A stretch of DNA of 62,010 nucleotides from an uncultured Candidatus Peribacteria bacterium. GTDB taxonomy: Bacteria; Patescibacteriota; Gracilibacteria; UBA1369; UBA12470. The stretch spans positions 3,146 through 65,155 of the forward strand of contig CAZRWH010000001.1 in assembly GCA_964603905.1 (NCBI GenBank), in the 5' to 3' direction. The position numbers and the translations under genes are program-made. The number at the start of each line of letters is the position of its first letter. The first letter of the stretch is position 1. This document shows positions 16,049 to 25,544 of the stretch, piece by piece. The notes under the pieces were generated by a model. That model had not been told where the DNA came from, made no database searches, and saw only the letters and a list, made by a program, of their open reading frames with translations.

Positions 16049-17125
16049 TTAAAGTTTCGCTATAAACTCATCGAATAGGTAAGTCGTATCTGTTGGTCCA
16101 GGTGTTGACTCTGGATGGAATTGAACCGAGAAGAAAGGTTTTTTCTCGTGTTTGATCCCTTCGACTGTGTCGTCGTTTTGGTTTTTGAACCAAACTTTCC
16201 AGCCTTTTGGAAGTGACTTTTCGTCGATTGCGTAACCGTGGTTTTGGCTTGTGATGTAGCAACGTTTGGTTTCCAGGTCGGTGCAAGGTTGGTTTTGTGC
16301 ACGGTGTCCGTACTTGAGTTTGTATGTTTTTGCTCCAGCAGCGATTCCCATGATTTGGCTTCCTAGGCAGATTCCAAACGTTGGGATTTCTCGCTCGAAA
16401 CATTCTTTCATTGTTTCGTGAGCTTTTGATGGTTGCATTGGGTCGCCAGGTCCATTGCTGAAGAAAACTCCGTCGAACTCTTGTCCTGATTCAAAAGGGT
16501 TTTGGTCCCAAGGGAATCTTGTTACTGTGATGTCACGGTTCAGGAATTCACGGATGATGTTTGCTTTGCAGCCTGTGTCGATTAGGGCGATGTGTTTTCG
16601 TCCGCCTTTGTGTCCTGGGTAGGTGACTGGATTCTTGATTGCAACTTCGTCGACTATGTTCTCCGAATCTGGTGGGGTTACTTCTTTGTACTGCTTTTTT
16701 GTTAAAGTTATTCGTCCTAGCATTGTTCCTTTTTCACGGATTTTTTGTGTCAAAGCTCTTGTGTCGATACCTGAGATTCCTGGGACATTATTTTTCTTCA
16801 GCCATTCGCCGAGAGATTTTTCTGCGTTCCAATGGTTAAAGTTTTCTGAGTACTCTGACACGATTAATGCTCTTATGTGGACTCCGTCTGACTCGAAGTT
16901 TTCTGGCAGGTTGTCTTTGTCCTTGTTCTCTTTTGGAACTCCATAGTTTCCAACAAGTGGATATGTGAGAACCAAAATTTGTCCTCGGTATGACGGGTCG
17001 GTTAGACTCTCTGGGTATCCCATCATTCCTGTGTTGAATACAACTTCTCCTTCGGTTTCTATTTCTGCACCAAAAGATTGACCGGCAAGCTGTGTGCCGT
17101 CCTCTAGCGTAAGGTAAATATTCAT
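16049..17125 (-). CDS. carA: carbamoyl-phosphate synthase small (glutaminase) subunit
   Basis: MNIYLTLEDGT...GMMGYPESLTDPSY...CLGSQ...HGH..., the triad-type GATase. The ORF track adds 18 N-terminal codons that read through the stop-free leader. Confidence 0.93.
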   Translation of the reverse strand: MNIYLTLEDGTQLAGQSFGAEIETEGEVVFNTGMMGYPESLTDPSYRGQILVLTYPLVGNYGVPKENKDKDNLPENFESDGVHIRALIVSEYSENFNHWNAEKSLGEWLKKNNVPGISGIDTRALTQKIREKGTMLGRITLTKKQYKEVTPPDSENIVDEVAIKNPVTYPGHKGGRKHIALIDTGCKANIIREFLNRDITVTRFPWDQNPFESGQEFDGVFFSNGPGDPMQPSKAHETMKECFEREIPTFGICLGSQIMGIAAGAKTYKLKYGHRAQNQPCTDLETKRCYITSQNHGYAIDEKSLPKGWKVWFKNQNDDTVEGIKHEKKPFFSVQFHPESTPGPTDTTYLFDEFIAKL

Positions 17126-17165
17126 GTTTAATGAGTAGTGAGTAATGAGTAGTGAGTAGCAATGG
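17126..17165 (-). repeat. family-B G-free leader upstream of carA
   Basis: GTTTAATGAGTAGTGAGTAATGAGTAGTGAGTAG next to ATG 17125. Confidence 0.65.
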
Positions 17166-17273
17166 AATGCTGCGTGCAAGCTGTTTGTTTCTATTCACTT
17201 TGCGTCATTTTATGCGGAAGTCGCAAAGATTGCAATTGTGTGTTAAATTTTTCTTGAAAATAACCAATAAAAT

Positions 17274-18194
17274 ATGTTCAAACATTTGCTTTCGTCCGCA
17301 GATCTATCCCGAGATGATCTGATGGCTATTTTTGAGGAGGCTGAAAAAATGCTTCCGATTGCACGGCAAGAAGAGAGTTCTGAATTAATGAAAGGGAAGG
17401 TTTTGGCGACTCTTTTTTATGAACCGTCGACGCGAACTCGCTTTAGTTTTGAGACTGCGATGCTGAGGCTTGGAGGGTCGGTGATAAGTAATTTTCAGAT
17501 GAATGAGACCTCTTCAGCTAAGAAGGGGGAGACGTTTTTTGATACTGGTAAAGTTGTTTCTAGATTTGCAGACGTGATTGCCATGAGGCATCCTGAAAGT
17601 GGAACAGTTGCCTCTTTGGCTGAGGGGTCTGAGGTACCGGTTTTGAATGGTGGAGATGGGCCTAATGATCATCCGACGCAAGGGCTTCTTGATGTATTCA
17701 CGATTTGGCGTGAATTTGGGAAGGTTGACGGATTGACTATTGGAATGGTTGGAGATCTCAAATATGGTCGTGTTCCGCATGCACAATGTGAGCTTCTCAA
17801 GAATTTTTCAGGTTTGAAATTTGTTTTTGTTTCGCCGGAGGCTCTTAAAATGCCGGCTAAAATTGTGGAAATGCTTCGTGAAGTCGGTCATGAGGTTGTT
17901 GAAACTGAAGATCTTGATGCGGTTGTGCCTGAGCTTGATGTTTTGGCTTTGACGAGGATTCAAGGGGAGAGATTTGAATCTGAAGAAGAGTACTTGAAAT
18001 ACAAAGGAGTGTATCAAGTGGGCAGAGAGCAAATTGCAAATAGCAGAGAGGGGTTGATTGTTATGCATCCGCTTCCAAGAGTTGACGAATTGAGTACGGA
18101 CTTGGATGATGATTCAAGGTCGCGGTATTTCGACCAGGTGACGAATGGGGTTGCGGTGAGGATGGCTGTGATTAGGATGGTAATTGAGGGTTAG
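17274..18194 (+). CDS. pyrB: aspartate carbamoyltransferase catalytic chain
   Basis: 306 aa with STRTR, HPTQ and HPLPR motifs. Confidence 0.95.
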   Translation: MFKHLLSSADLSRDDLMAIFEEAEKMLPIARQEESSELMKGKVLATLFYEPSTRTRFSFETAMLRLGGSVISNFQMNETSSAKKGETFFDTGKVVSRFADVIAMRHPESGTVASLAEGSEVPVLNGGDGPNDHPTQGLLDVFTIWREFGKVDGLTIGMVGDLKYGRVPHAQCELLKNFSGLKFVFVSPEALKMPAKIVEMLREVGHEVVETEDLDAVVPELDVLALTRIQGERFESEEEYLKYKGVYQVGREQIANSREGLIVMHPLPRVDELSTDLDDDSRSRYFDQVTNGVAVRMAVIRMVIEG

Positions 18195-18232
18195 GCATGG
18201 TATGTTTTTGTCTTAAATGAAAAATTAATTCT

Positions 18233-18574
18233 ATGCAAAACCCAAATAGATTTCGAAAAAAAGACCAACCTCTTCTAGCTCTTGCTGCGGCTGTAGCGGC
18301 AGCCACTGTTTTTTTGGTGGATGCTCAGGTAATAGCGAAGGCTACAGGACGCATGGATGTTGTAGTGGCATCCGAATTGGATGTTTATCGTGGTTTGGTT
18401 TTAGGAGTAATTGACGAGATGAATGATGGGGGGAAGAAGGTTGATTATAATTCTGTGCTCGAAGAGGTGATTTTAGATACTTCTAGTTGGACAGAGGCTC
18501 ATTGCTTTGATCGAGCCAATGGAGATAAAGCTTGTCGTGTTAGCAAAGGCTGGGGAAATATCGTTAATCCTTAA
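18233..18574 (+). CDS. hypothetical protein with N-terminal hydrophobic segment
   Basis: 113-aa ORF between pyrB and pyrC. LLALAAAVAAATVFLV looks like a signal or anchor. No family recognised. Confidence 0.45.
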   Translation: MQNPNRFRKKDQPLLALAAAVAAATVFLVDAQVIAKATGRMDVVVASELDVYRGLVLGVIDEMNDGGKKVDYNSVLEEVILDTSSWTEAHCFDRANGDKACRVSKGWGNIVNP

Positions 18575-18807
18575 TATTTGTTTTTATGGCTATCGATATA
18601 CAAAATTTAAAAAGAGAAATCCCTCAAGGTAGCTTGCTGGGTGGGATTTTGGCTGGCTGAAGAGGGCTTATGATCCGAATTTCAGATCTCAATGTGGACT
18701 TATGACTGACGCTGCAGTTGCGGATGAGTTGGAAGCGACCAATCAGCATGCGATGCGGGTTTTAGATCCAGTTAGACTTTTGAGGGGGGAGTGATATTAT
18801 AACTTTG

Positions 18808-20073
18808 ATGAAAAAACTTCTTCTCAGAAATGGAACCGTCGTTAGCTCGCAGGGGATGCGGGAGGCGGATGTTTTGGTTGAGGAGGGGAGGATTATCAAG
18901 GTGGAGTCTGATATTACGGTTACTGATGACATGGAGGTAATTGATTGCGAAGGGCAGTTTATTATGCCTGGTGTGATTGATACTCATGTTCATTTGCGTG
19001 AGCCGGGGCATGAGGAGAAGGAGGATTTTGTAACAGGTTCGAAAGCGGCTGTTAGAGGTGGGGTTACAACTGTTCTTGATATGCCGAATAATAGTCCTCG
19101 GACAGATTCTGTTGAAAGGCTTGAGGCGAAGTATGAACTGGCGAATGGGCATATGGTTTGTAATTATGGGTTTTATATTTCTGCAACTACTGGTGAAACT
19201 GGTCGTAGCTGCGCTATGAAACTTTATATGGGTGCGTCTACAGGTGAGGAGGCTGAGAAGAGCATGGAGAAGTTTTTTGAAACAGAAAAAATCCTTGTTG
19301 TTCATGCGGAAGATCAGGATCGTATAAATGAACGTGCTAAGCAATTTGATTCTGACAATTCTCCAAGAATTCATTCGGTAATCCGTGACGATGAGGCGGC
19401 TTATTTGGCTGCGAAACAGGCTTTGCATTTGGCGAAGAAACACGATACGCGTATTCATATTGCTCACATGAGTACTGCGAAAGAGGTTGAGAGTTTGCGA
19501 AAATTTAAAACTGAAAAGATTACTGCTGAGGCTGCAACTCATCATTTGTTTCTAACGACTGATGCGTATGACGACCAAGGGGATTTGGTAAAAATGAATC
19601 CTCCTCTTCGAGAAGTTATAGATAAGGAAGCTCTTTGGGGTGCTCTTCGTGAAGGGCTGATTGATAATGTTGTGACTGATCACGCACCGCACTTGCTCGA
19701 AGAAAAAAACTCTGACAATGCTCCTGCAGGGGTCCCAGGTCTTGAGACTTTGCTTCCGTTGATGCTTAACGCGGTTAACAATGGGGATCTTTCGATGGAA
19801 CGTTGTTGTGAGGTCTTATGCGAGAAGCCGGCTGAGATTTTTGGCTTAGACGGCAAAGGACAGATTGCAGAAGGGTACGATGCAGACATTGTGGTTGTTG
19901 ATATGCAGCGAGAGGAGGTTGTTGGTGAAAAAGGTTACCAATCTAAGTGTGGTTGGTCTCCTTATGATGGATTGAGTCTGACCGGTTGGCCGGTTTTGAC
20001 TGTTGTGAATGGAGAGGTTGTTATGAGGGGAGGGGATATTGAAGAAAAGTTTGTGGGAAAAGCTTGTTTTTGA
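18808..20073 (+). CDS. pyrC: dihydroorotase
   Basis: About 421 aa. DTHVHLREPG metal-binding motif and VTDHAPH. The ATG at 18808 is preferred over the TTG at 18805. Confidence 0.93.
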   Translation: MKKLLLRNGTVVSSQGMREADVLVEEGRIIKVESDITVTDDMEVIDCEGQFIMPGVIDTHVHLREPGHEEKEDFVTGSKAAVRGGVTTVLDMPNNSPRTDSVERLEAKYELANGHMVCNYGFYISATTGETGRSCAMKLYMGASTGEEAEKSMEKFFETEKILVVHAEDQDRINERAKQFDSDNSPRIHSVIRDDEAAYLAAKQALHLAKKHDTRIHIAHMSTAKEVESLRKFKTEKITAEAATHHLFLTTDAYDDQGDLVKMNPPLREVIDKEALWGALREGLIDNVVTDHAPHLLEEKNSDNAPAGVPGLETLLPLMLNAVNNGDLSMERCCEVLCEKPAEIFGLDGKGQIAEGYDADIVVVDMQREEVVGEKGYQSKCGWSPYDGLSLTGWPVLTVVNGEVVMRGGDIEEKFVGKACF

Positions 20074-20103
20074 TACAGTTCCCACGGCCTAAACAAACCT
20101 ATT

Positions 20104-21030
20104 ATGAACACATCTATCGATTTCTGCGGCGTAACTTTCCCTAACCCGACTGTTCTCGCTTCAGGGATTTTGGGTGTTATTGGAGACAGCCTCAAAAATG
20201 TTGCTCGAGAAGGAGCAGGTGGAGTGACCTCAAAGTCAGTTTGGCTTGAACGTCACGAAGGTCATGCTAACCCAACAATGATGGGAACTGAGCATTTTTA
20301 TATCAATGCGGTTGGGCTTCCTGATGGTGGAATTGAAAAGGCTCGAGAAGAGCTCGGTAAATATCTTGCTTGGGAAAAAAGAGTGCCTTTGATCGGAAAT
20401 ATTGTCGCTGGGAATATTGCGGATTTTGAAGAGATTGCAGGTAAGATGGTTGAAATTGGGCCAGATATTATCGAGGTAAACATTAGTTGTCCGAATGTTG
20501 AAGATGAGTTTGGAAGACCTTTTGCTTGTGTTGTTGAGGATGCGGCTGAGGTGACTCGTGTTGTGAAAAGTGTAGTTAAAACTATTCCTGTTGCGATCAA
20601 GCTTTCGCCAAATGTTGCGAACATTGGTGAGATTGCAGCGGCTTGTGAAAAAGAAGGCGCTGATGCGATTACGGCTGTGAACACTTTCGGCCCTGGAATG
20701 GTTATCGATATTGATACTGCTGAGCCGATTTTGGCTAACAAAGTTGGTGGAGTTAGTGGTCCTGGTATCAAGCCTCTGGCGGTTAAGCGTGTTTGGGATG
20801 TGGCGAATGCTGTTTCTATCCCTGTGATTGGGATGGGAGGTGTTACTTGTGGACGCGATATTATTGAGTTCATGATGGCCGGCGCGAGTCTAGTTGGGAT
20901 TGGTGCAGGCGTTTATTATGGTGGAGTTGAGATATTTGGAAATGCGATGAAAGAGGTTGAGGAGTGGATGACTGAGAATGGTGTTACGGATTTAAATGAA
21001 ATTATTGGTAAAGCTGTTAAAAAGACTTAA
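20104..21030 (+). CDS. pyrD: dihydroorotate dehydrogenase, class 1B catalytic subunit
   Basis: 308 aa. NPTVLASG...SCPN...GGVSGPGIKP motifs. Followed by pyrK. Confidence 0.93.
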   Translation: MNTSIDFCGVTFPNPTVLASGILGVIGDSLKNVAREGAGGVTSKSVWLERHEGHANPTMMGTEHFYINAVGLPDGGIEKAREELGKYLAWEKRVPLIGNIVAGNIADFEEIAGKMVEIGPDIIEVNISCPNVEDEFGRPFACVVEDAAEVTRVVKSVVKTIPVAIKLSPNVANIGEIAAACEKEGADAITAVNTFGPGMVIDIDTAEPILANKVGGVSGPGIKPLAVKRVWDVANAVSIPVIGMGGVTCGRDIIEFMMAGASLVGIGAGVYYGGVEIFGNAMKEVEEWMTENGVTDLNEIIGKAVKKT

Positions 21031-21042
21031 GACATATGACTT

Positions 21043-21840
21043 ATGACTGACATACCAAAAGTTCTAAAAATTGCAGAAGTTCGAGACGAAAACCCTACGG
21101 TAAAAACGTATGTTTTCCGAGGATACGATTTGGGTGCTAGGCCTGGGCAGTTTGTGAATCTTTGGATGCCTCGCGTCAATGAAAAACCTTTCTCGGTTGC
21201 TTATTGTGACGAGGACGAGTTTTGGCTGACGATTGCGGCGGTTGGAGACTTTACGAAAAAGCTTCATTCTGAATTTGGTGTCGGTGACAAGCTTGGAGTT
21301 CGTGGGCCTTACGGTAAAGGTTACACAATCCCACAAGGTAAGAAGATTGCGCTTTTGGCAGGTGGGTATGGTGCGGCGCCTCTTTATTTTGTTGCGCAAG
21401 AAGCCGTGAAGAATGGATGCACAGTTGAATTTATTGTTGGAGCACGAAATAAAGATCTGCTTCTTTATTTAGACAGAATTGAGCAAGCGGAAGGTATGAA
21501 TTTGCATGTTGCGACTGATGACGGGGCTGTTGGAGAGCAAGGTTACAACACTCAAATTCTTGAGAAGTTAATTGATGATGTTGATATGGTTGCGACTTGT
21601 GGTCCTGAGATTATGATGCGAGCTGCGATGAATATTTGTGAAAAAGCTGGTAAGCCGATCGAGGTTTCGATTGAGAGATATATGAAGTGTGGATCGGGTG
21701 TTTGTGGGAACTGTTGTGTTGATGGTCTTGGTGTTCCGGTTTGTCAAAAAGGACCTGTGATGCCAGGTAAAATGGCGAGAAAAATTGAAGGATTGGCGGA
21801 GTTTCATAGGGATAATGTGGGGTTTAAGATTGTTTATTGA
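21043..21840 (+). CDS. pyrK: dihydroorotate dehydrogenase electron-transfer subunit
   Basis: 265 aa. FAD/NAD-binding fold plus C-terminal CGSGVCGNCC Fe-S motif. Confidence 0.9.
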   Translation: MTDIPKVLKIAEVRDENPTVKTYVFRGYDLGARPGQFVNLWMPRVNEKPFSVAYCDEDEFWLTIAAVGDFTKKLHSEFGVGDKLGVRGPYGKGYTIPQGKKIALLAGGYGAAPLYFVAQEAVKNGCTVEFIVGARNKDLLLYLDRIEQAEGMNLHVATDDGAVGEQGYNTQILEKLIDDVDMVATCGPEIMMRAAMNICEKAGKPIEVSIERYMKCGSGVCGNCCVDGLGVPVCQKGPVMPGKMARKIEGLAEFHRDNVGFKIVY

Positions 21841-21944
21841 TTAGTTGGCAGATTGCAAATGGCAGATAGCAGAAGTTGGTATTTTTTGTAGCAGGTGTTT
21901 TTTGTGGTAATCTGATGTCCTTTAAAAAAATAAAATTTTAAATC

Positions 21945-22229
21945 ATGAGAATAGAAGGAGTAGCTCTTAATAGGGACGATTTGTCAGATTTCTTTTGGAA
22001 TTTGAAGGAGGGCGGAGATATTCAAGTTGAATCTGTCGAAGGATTTCGAAGGGCTTTTCGCAAGAGGATCTTATGGGGAGGCATGGGATTTCAGGTTGAA
22101 TCTGATCTTAATCAAATCTCAATTCAGGTTGGCGAATTAGGGAGGGTAGTTTTGGGTAGATATACCAATGATATTCGTACAAAGGCTCTTCGGGCTATCG
22201 AAGGTTTGCGTTCTGCGGCTCGCCCTTGA
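21945..22229 (+). CDS. hypothetical protein
   Basis: 94-aa ORF with no recognised family. Confidence 0.4.
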   Translation: MRIEGVALNRDDLSDFFWNLKEGGDIQVESVEGFRRAFRKRILWGGMGFQVESDLNQISIQVGELGRVVLGRYTNDIRTKALRAIEGLRSAARP

Positions 22230-22285
22230 CAGTTTTGCCCAAAGATGTATAATGCTTTTCTGTTTTTGAATTTAACCTAAAAAAC

Positions 22286-23188
22286 ATGAAGAACCTAAAT
22301 ACAATGAATACTCTTCGAGCTGCTACAGTTGCTGTTATGGCGATGGCGTCTGGGAATGCGGTTGCTGAGGATGGAGTTTCTGTTACACCGAGATCTATCC
22401 AGGAAGCTGGATGTGTGGTCCCTACTGGTATGAGTCTTCTTGATTTGAGAGATGGTGCTGCAGCTTTAGAGCAGTCTTTTGAACATGCTGTACACGTTTC
22501 TGCACAAGATCGCGATGAGGCTTATCGTCGTGCTGTTCTTGAGTTACAAGAGTCAAAAAAATCTTTAAGTGCAGATACTGGACGATTGATTACATCTCTT
22601 TCTGTTACTGCTGATTCTGCTCGTGAATTGCTTCGAGATATCCCTGCTAATGCCCAAGCAGATGCTTTTGAAGATACTGGTAAATACGGTCTTAGGCTTG
22701 CTGAGATTGAAAAATCTTATGGTGTAAAAAAGCAACAATTCTCTGGTTTGACAGATAGGTATGACTCTTTTGAAGGTATTACTGATATCTCTGACGATGG
22801 TATTAAGCTTTATGATGTTGCTGTAGCTTTGAAAGCATGGGAAAAGTCTACAGGCATTGACTGCCCTGATAAAGTTGTTGATGCGGTGATTGCTGCTGGA
22901 ACTGTTACGATCCCTTCTTATGCTGATCCGAATGCTGTGATGCCTCTGTCTCAAGGTCTTGGTACGCGTGGAAGAGGTTCTGGTTATGGGCATCCTGACT
23001 TTTCGTCTAGGTCGGAACGAAACCCTGATGGGTCTGCATTGACTCATGAACAAAAGAGATTAAATGCTCTTTATGATTTTCTTGGCAAAGTTGAGAGGTT
23101 AGAATCTGATATTGCTAAATCTATTGAAGCTGCTGAGCAACTTCAAAAAGATGTTGATGCTTTTCAGCCACCAGCACAACGACAATAA
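22286..23188 (+). CDS. hypothetical secreted protein
   Basis: 300 aa. Signal-like MKNLNTMNTLRAATVAVMAMASGNAVA. No recognised family. Confidence 0.55.
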   Translation: MKNLNTMNTLRAATVAVMAMASGNAVAEDGVSVTPRSIQEAGCVVPTGMSLLDLRDGAAALEQSFEHAVHVSAQDRDEAYRRAVLELQESKKSLSADTGRLITSLSVTADSARELLRDIPANAQADAFEDTGKYGLRLAEIEKSYGVKKQQFSGLTDRYDSFEGITDISDDGIKLYDVAVALKAWEKSTGIDCPDKVVDAVIAAGTVTIPSYADPNAVMPLSQGLGTRGRGSGYGHPDFSSRSERNPDGSALTHEQKRLNALYDFLGKVERLESDIAKSIEAAEQLQKDVDAFQPPAQRQ

Positions 23189-23283
23189 TTTTTATTGAAA
23201 ATTTCAAAAGGGAGAGCGATTAATTTCGTCTCTCCTTTTTTTTGTGTCATAATGCGCGCGACAAATTTTTAATCTAAATCTCG

Positions 23284-23922
23284 ATGAACGAAGTATCAAA
23301 ACAAGTTGCCGGAGCACTTCTCGATGCAGGTGCTGTAAAAGTTAGTATGGATCCGCCTTTTCAATGGGTTTCAGGTATAAAATCACCTGTTTATTGTGAT
23401 AATCGAATGATGATTTCGCACGTTCAAGGACGTCAATTGATTGTTGATGCTTTTAAGAAAATTGTTGAAGAACAAAACCCTGATTACATCGGAGGAACTG
23501 CAACTGCTGCGATTCCTTGGGCCGCTTTTATTGCGCAAGAACTTGATTTGCCGATGATTTATATCCGTCCAGCGAAGAAGGAGCATGGTGCTGGCAAGCA
23601 AATCGAAGGGGATCTTAAGGCAGGTAGCAAAGTTCTTATTGTTGAAGACCTAATCTCGACTGGTGGAAGTAGCGTGAAAGCTGCAGAAGCTGTTCGTGAA
23701 GAAGGAGGATGTGAAGTGACAGATATTCTTGCAATTGTAACCTGGGAGATTCCGAAAGCGATTGCTAGGTTCGAAGATGCGAATATTAATTTAACGACGC
23801 TTACTGGATTTACAGATTTGATTGGTTTGGCTGCAGAGAGAGGTTACGTGACGGATTCACAGGCTGATATGATTTATAAGTTTAAGGAGGATCCTGCGGG
23901 GTGGTGGGAGTTAGTAGGTTAG
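23284..23922 (+). CDS. pyrE: orotate phosphoribosyltransferase
   Basis: 212 aa with the PRPP-binding loop VLIVEDLISTGGS. Confidence 0.93.
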   Translation: MNEVSKQVAGALLDAGAVKVSMDPPFQWVSGIKSPVYCDNRMMISHVQGRQLIVDAFKKIVEEQNPDYIGGTATAAIPWAAFIAQELDLPMIYIRPAKKEHGAGKQIEGDLKAGSKVLIVEDLISTGGSSVKAAEAVREEGGCEVTDILAIVTWEIPKAIARFEDANINLTTLTGFTDLIGLAAERGYVTDSQADMIYKFKEDPAGWWELVG

Positions 23923-23942
23923 CTGGGGAGTAGGCTAGTAGG

Positions 23943-24320
23943 TTAGCTGTTTTTGCCGTATCGTATTTTCTTTTGCTGGGATATTAGGCTGTTGAGCATT
24001 TTCATTACTTCATCTAATAGTTTGTCTACTTTTATGTAGTCTAGGTGTTGTGTTTTTCGGAGTTCTTTGGAGATGGTTATTTGTGTTTCTAATTCACCTC
24101 CTGATCCATAAGAATAAAGCAAGAAACGTATGAAGTTGCCAGTTGATAAAAGCATTCGACCTTCTGCGATATTTGAAGCAATTGAAACTGAAGCTCTGCG
24201 CATTTGCGATGTTAATCCGTAGACCTCTTCTTTTGGGTAATGTTCTGTAAGTTGATATACAGCTTTGACTAATTGCAAAGATTTTTTCCAAACCAATAAG
24301 TTTTTATAAGTATGCATCAT
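23943..24320 (-). CDS. four-helix-bundle protein (23S rRNA intervening-sequence protein family)
   Basis: 125 aa. YKNLLVWKKS..L...VY.LT..YPKEE.YGLTSQMRRASVSIASNIAEG is the family signature. Confidence 0.85.
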   Translation of the reverse strand: MMHTYKNLLVWKKSLQLVKAVYQLTEHYPKEEVYGLTSQMRRASVSIASNIAEGRMLLSTGNFIRFLLYSYGSGGELETQITISKELRKTQHLDYIKVDKLLDEVMKMLNSLISQQKKIRYGKNS

Positions 24321-24431
24321 ATCGAGAAACTACCACATTGATGTTAAATTTTTGTTAAATCTTATGTATACTCCCGTCGAGACATAATCTACTTCCCAGC
24401 TAAAATACTAATCTACTAATTAATTTAAAAA

Positions 24432-25361
24432 ATGAACTTCGCAGACAAGCTAAATGCAGCAATCAAAAAGACTAAGGCTCCGATTTGTGTTGGTTTAGAT
24501 CCAAGACTTGATCAGATCCCAGCTCAAATTATTACCAAAGCGATAGACGAAAAAGATCGAACACCAGAAGGCGCGGCTCACGCTTTTTTGGAGTTCAATA
24601 AAGGGATTATTGATGCGGTTTGTGATTTGGTGCCGGCTGTGAAACCTCAGATTGCTTTTTATGAGCAGTATGGCTGGGCAGGATTCAAAGCTTACGAGGA
24701 AACTTGTGCATATGCTCGTGAAAAAGGGTTGCTTGTTATTGCTGATGCGAAACGGAACGATATTGGTTCTACTGCGGCAGGTTATTCTGGTGCTTTTCTT
24801 GGAGAGGTTGATCTTTTTGGAGCGAAAGAGAAGGCTCTTGATGCGGACGCTTTGACTGTGAATGCGTACCTTGGATGGGATGGTATTAAACCTTTTGTGG
24901 AAGCTTGTGATAAACATGATAAAGGACTTTTTGTTCTAGTAAAAACTTCTAATCCTTCTTCTGGAGATTTGCAGGATCGTGATTTTTCGGATGGGATGAA
25001 GGCTTATGAATTGATGGCTCATTATGTTGAGTCTTGGGGGTCTGATTTGATTGGCGAGACTGGTTACTCAAGCATAGGTGCAGTTGTAGGGGCAACTTAT
25101 CCAGCACAGGCTAAAGTTCTTCGCAAAATGATGCCTAATTCGATCTTCCTAGTACCTGGTTATGGTGCTCAAGGTGGTGGTGCTGAAGATGTTAAGCCTT
25201 GCTTCAATGACGATGGTCTTGGGGCTATCGTTAACTCGAGCCGAGGTATTATTTTTGCTTATGAAAAGAGTGAAAATTTCAAAGCAGAAAGTTACGATGA
25301 GGCTGCTAGAGTTGCTACTTTGGAAATGATCGCAGACCTTAAATCTGCTGGCCTTGCTTAA
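24432..25361 (+). CDS. pyrF: orotidine-5'-phosphate decarboxylase (long, type 2)
   Basis: 309 aa. VGLDPR...ADAKRNDIGST...LVPGYGAQGG motifs. Confidence 0.92.
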   Translation: MNFADKLNAAIKKTKAPICVGLDPRLDQIPAQIITKAIDEKDRTPEGAAHAFLEFNKGIIDAVCDLVPAVKPQIAFYEQYGWAGFKAYEETCAYAREKGLLVIADAKRNDIGSTAAGYSGAFLGEVDLFGAKEKALDADALTVNAYLGWDGIKPFVEACDKHDKGLFVLVKTSNPSSGDLQDRDFSDGMKAYELMAHYVESWGSDLIGETGYSSIGAVVGATYPAQAKVLRKMMPNSIFLVPGYGAQGGGAEDVKPCFNDDGLGAIVNSSRGIIFAYEKSENFKAESYDEAARVATLEMIADLKSAGLA

Positions 25362-25489
25362 AAAGCTTGCCATATTCCAAAAACGGGCCCCTGCTCGACA
25401 TCGTTGGTTTTTCCTTTGTTAAAGCGGTTATTTGCGCTTTGGAGTGTTGTTTTGGTGTGGGATTAAGTGTTTTACAGGAATGAGGGGGG

Positions 25490-25518
25490 TTAACATGGAG
25501 GCTTTTTTCAGGTATAAT
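25490..25518 (+). promoter_or_regulatory. candidate sigma70-type promoter of the acidic surface-protein operon
   Basis: TTAACA-N17-TATAAT about 27 nt upstream of ATG 25545. Confidence 0.5.
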
Positions 25519-25544
25519 CATTAGATTTAAAAGCTAAGTCGAAC

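Noticed and set aside
17126-17179. N-terminal extensions of carA (17126-17179), trmD (42888-43040) and tuf (61516-61572) in the ORF track.
   Set aside because: The extensions read through stop-free G-less leaders and have no homology. The conserved N-termini start at internal ATGs ([30 protein letters not shown]).
18702-18794. A 30-codon uORF (MTDAAVADELEATNQHAMRVLDPVRLLRGE) upstream of pyrC as a pyrL-like attenuation leader peptide.
   Set aside because: There is no adjacent terminator/antiterminator pair or U-rich pause region, and the ORF is very short. It is interesting only because it shares its start-context 14-mer with pyrK.
18772-19545. Long antisense ORFs in the track. Examples: 18772-19545 opposite pyrC, 20298-20873 opposite pyrD, 44669-45244 opposite rpoA, 54069-54437 opposite rplN, and 29427-29792 and 28549-29014 opposite the acidic repeats.
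   Set aside because: Each lies fully inside a gene with a clear conserved product on the other strand. Their translations are low-complexity (S/L/R/F-rich). They are open only because the sense strand avoids certain codons.
21841-21944. G/T-rich motif GGCAGATTGCAAATGGCAGATAGCAGAAG after pyrK, resembling GCAAATGGCAAAGAGCAGATGGCAG at 14352-14376.
   Set aside because: There are only two loose copies with no clear structure or positional logic. It is probably more of the same low-complexity spacer vocabulary.
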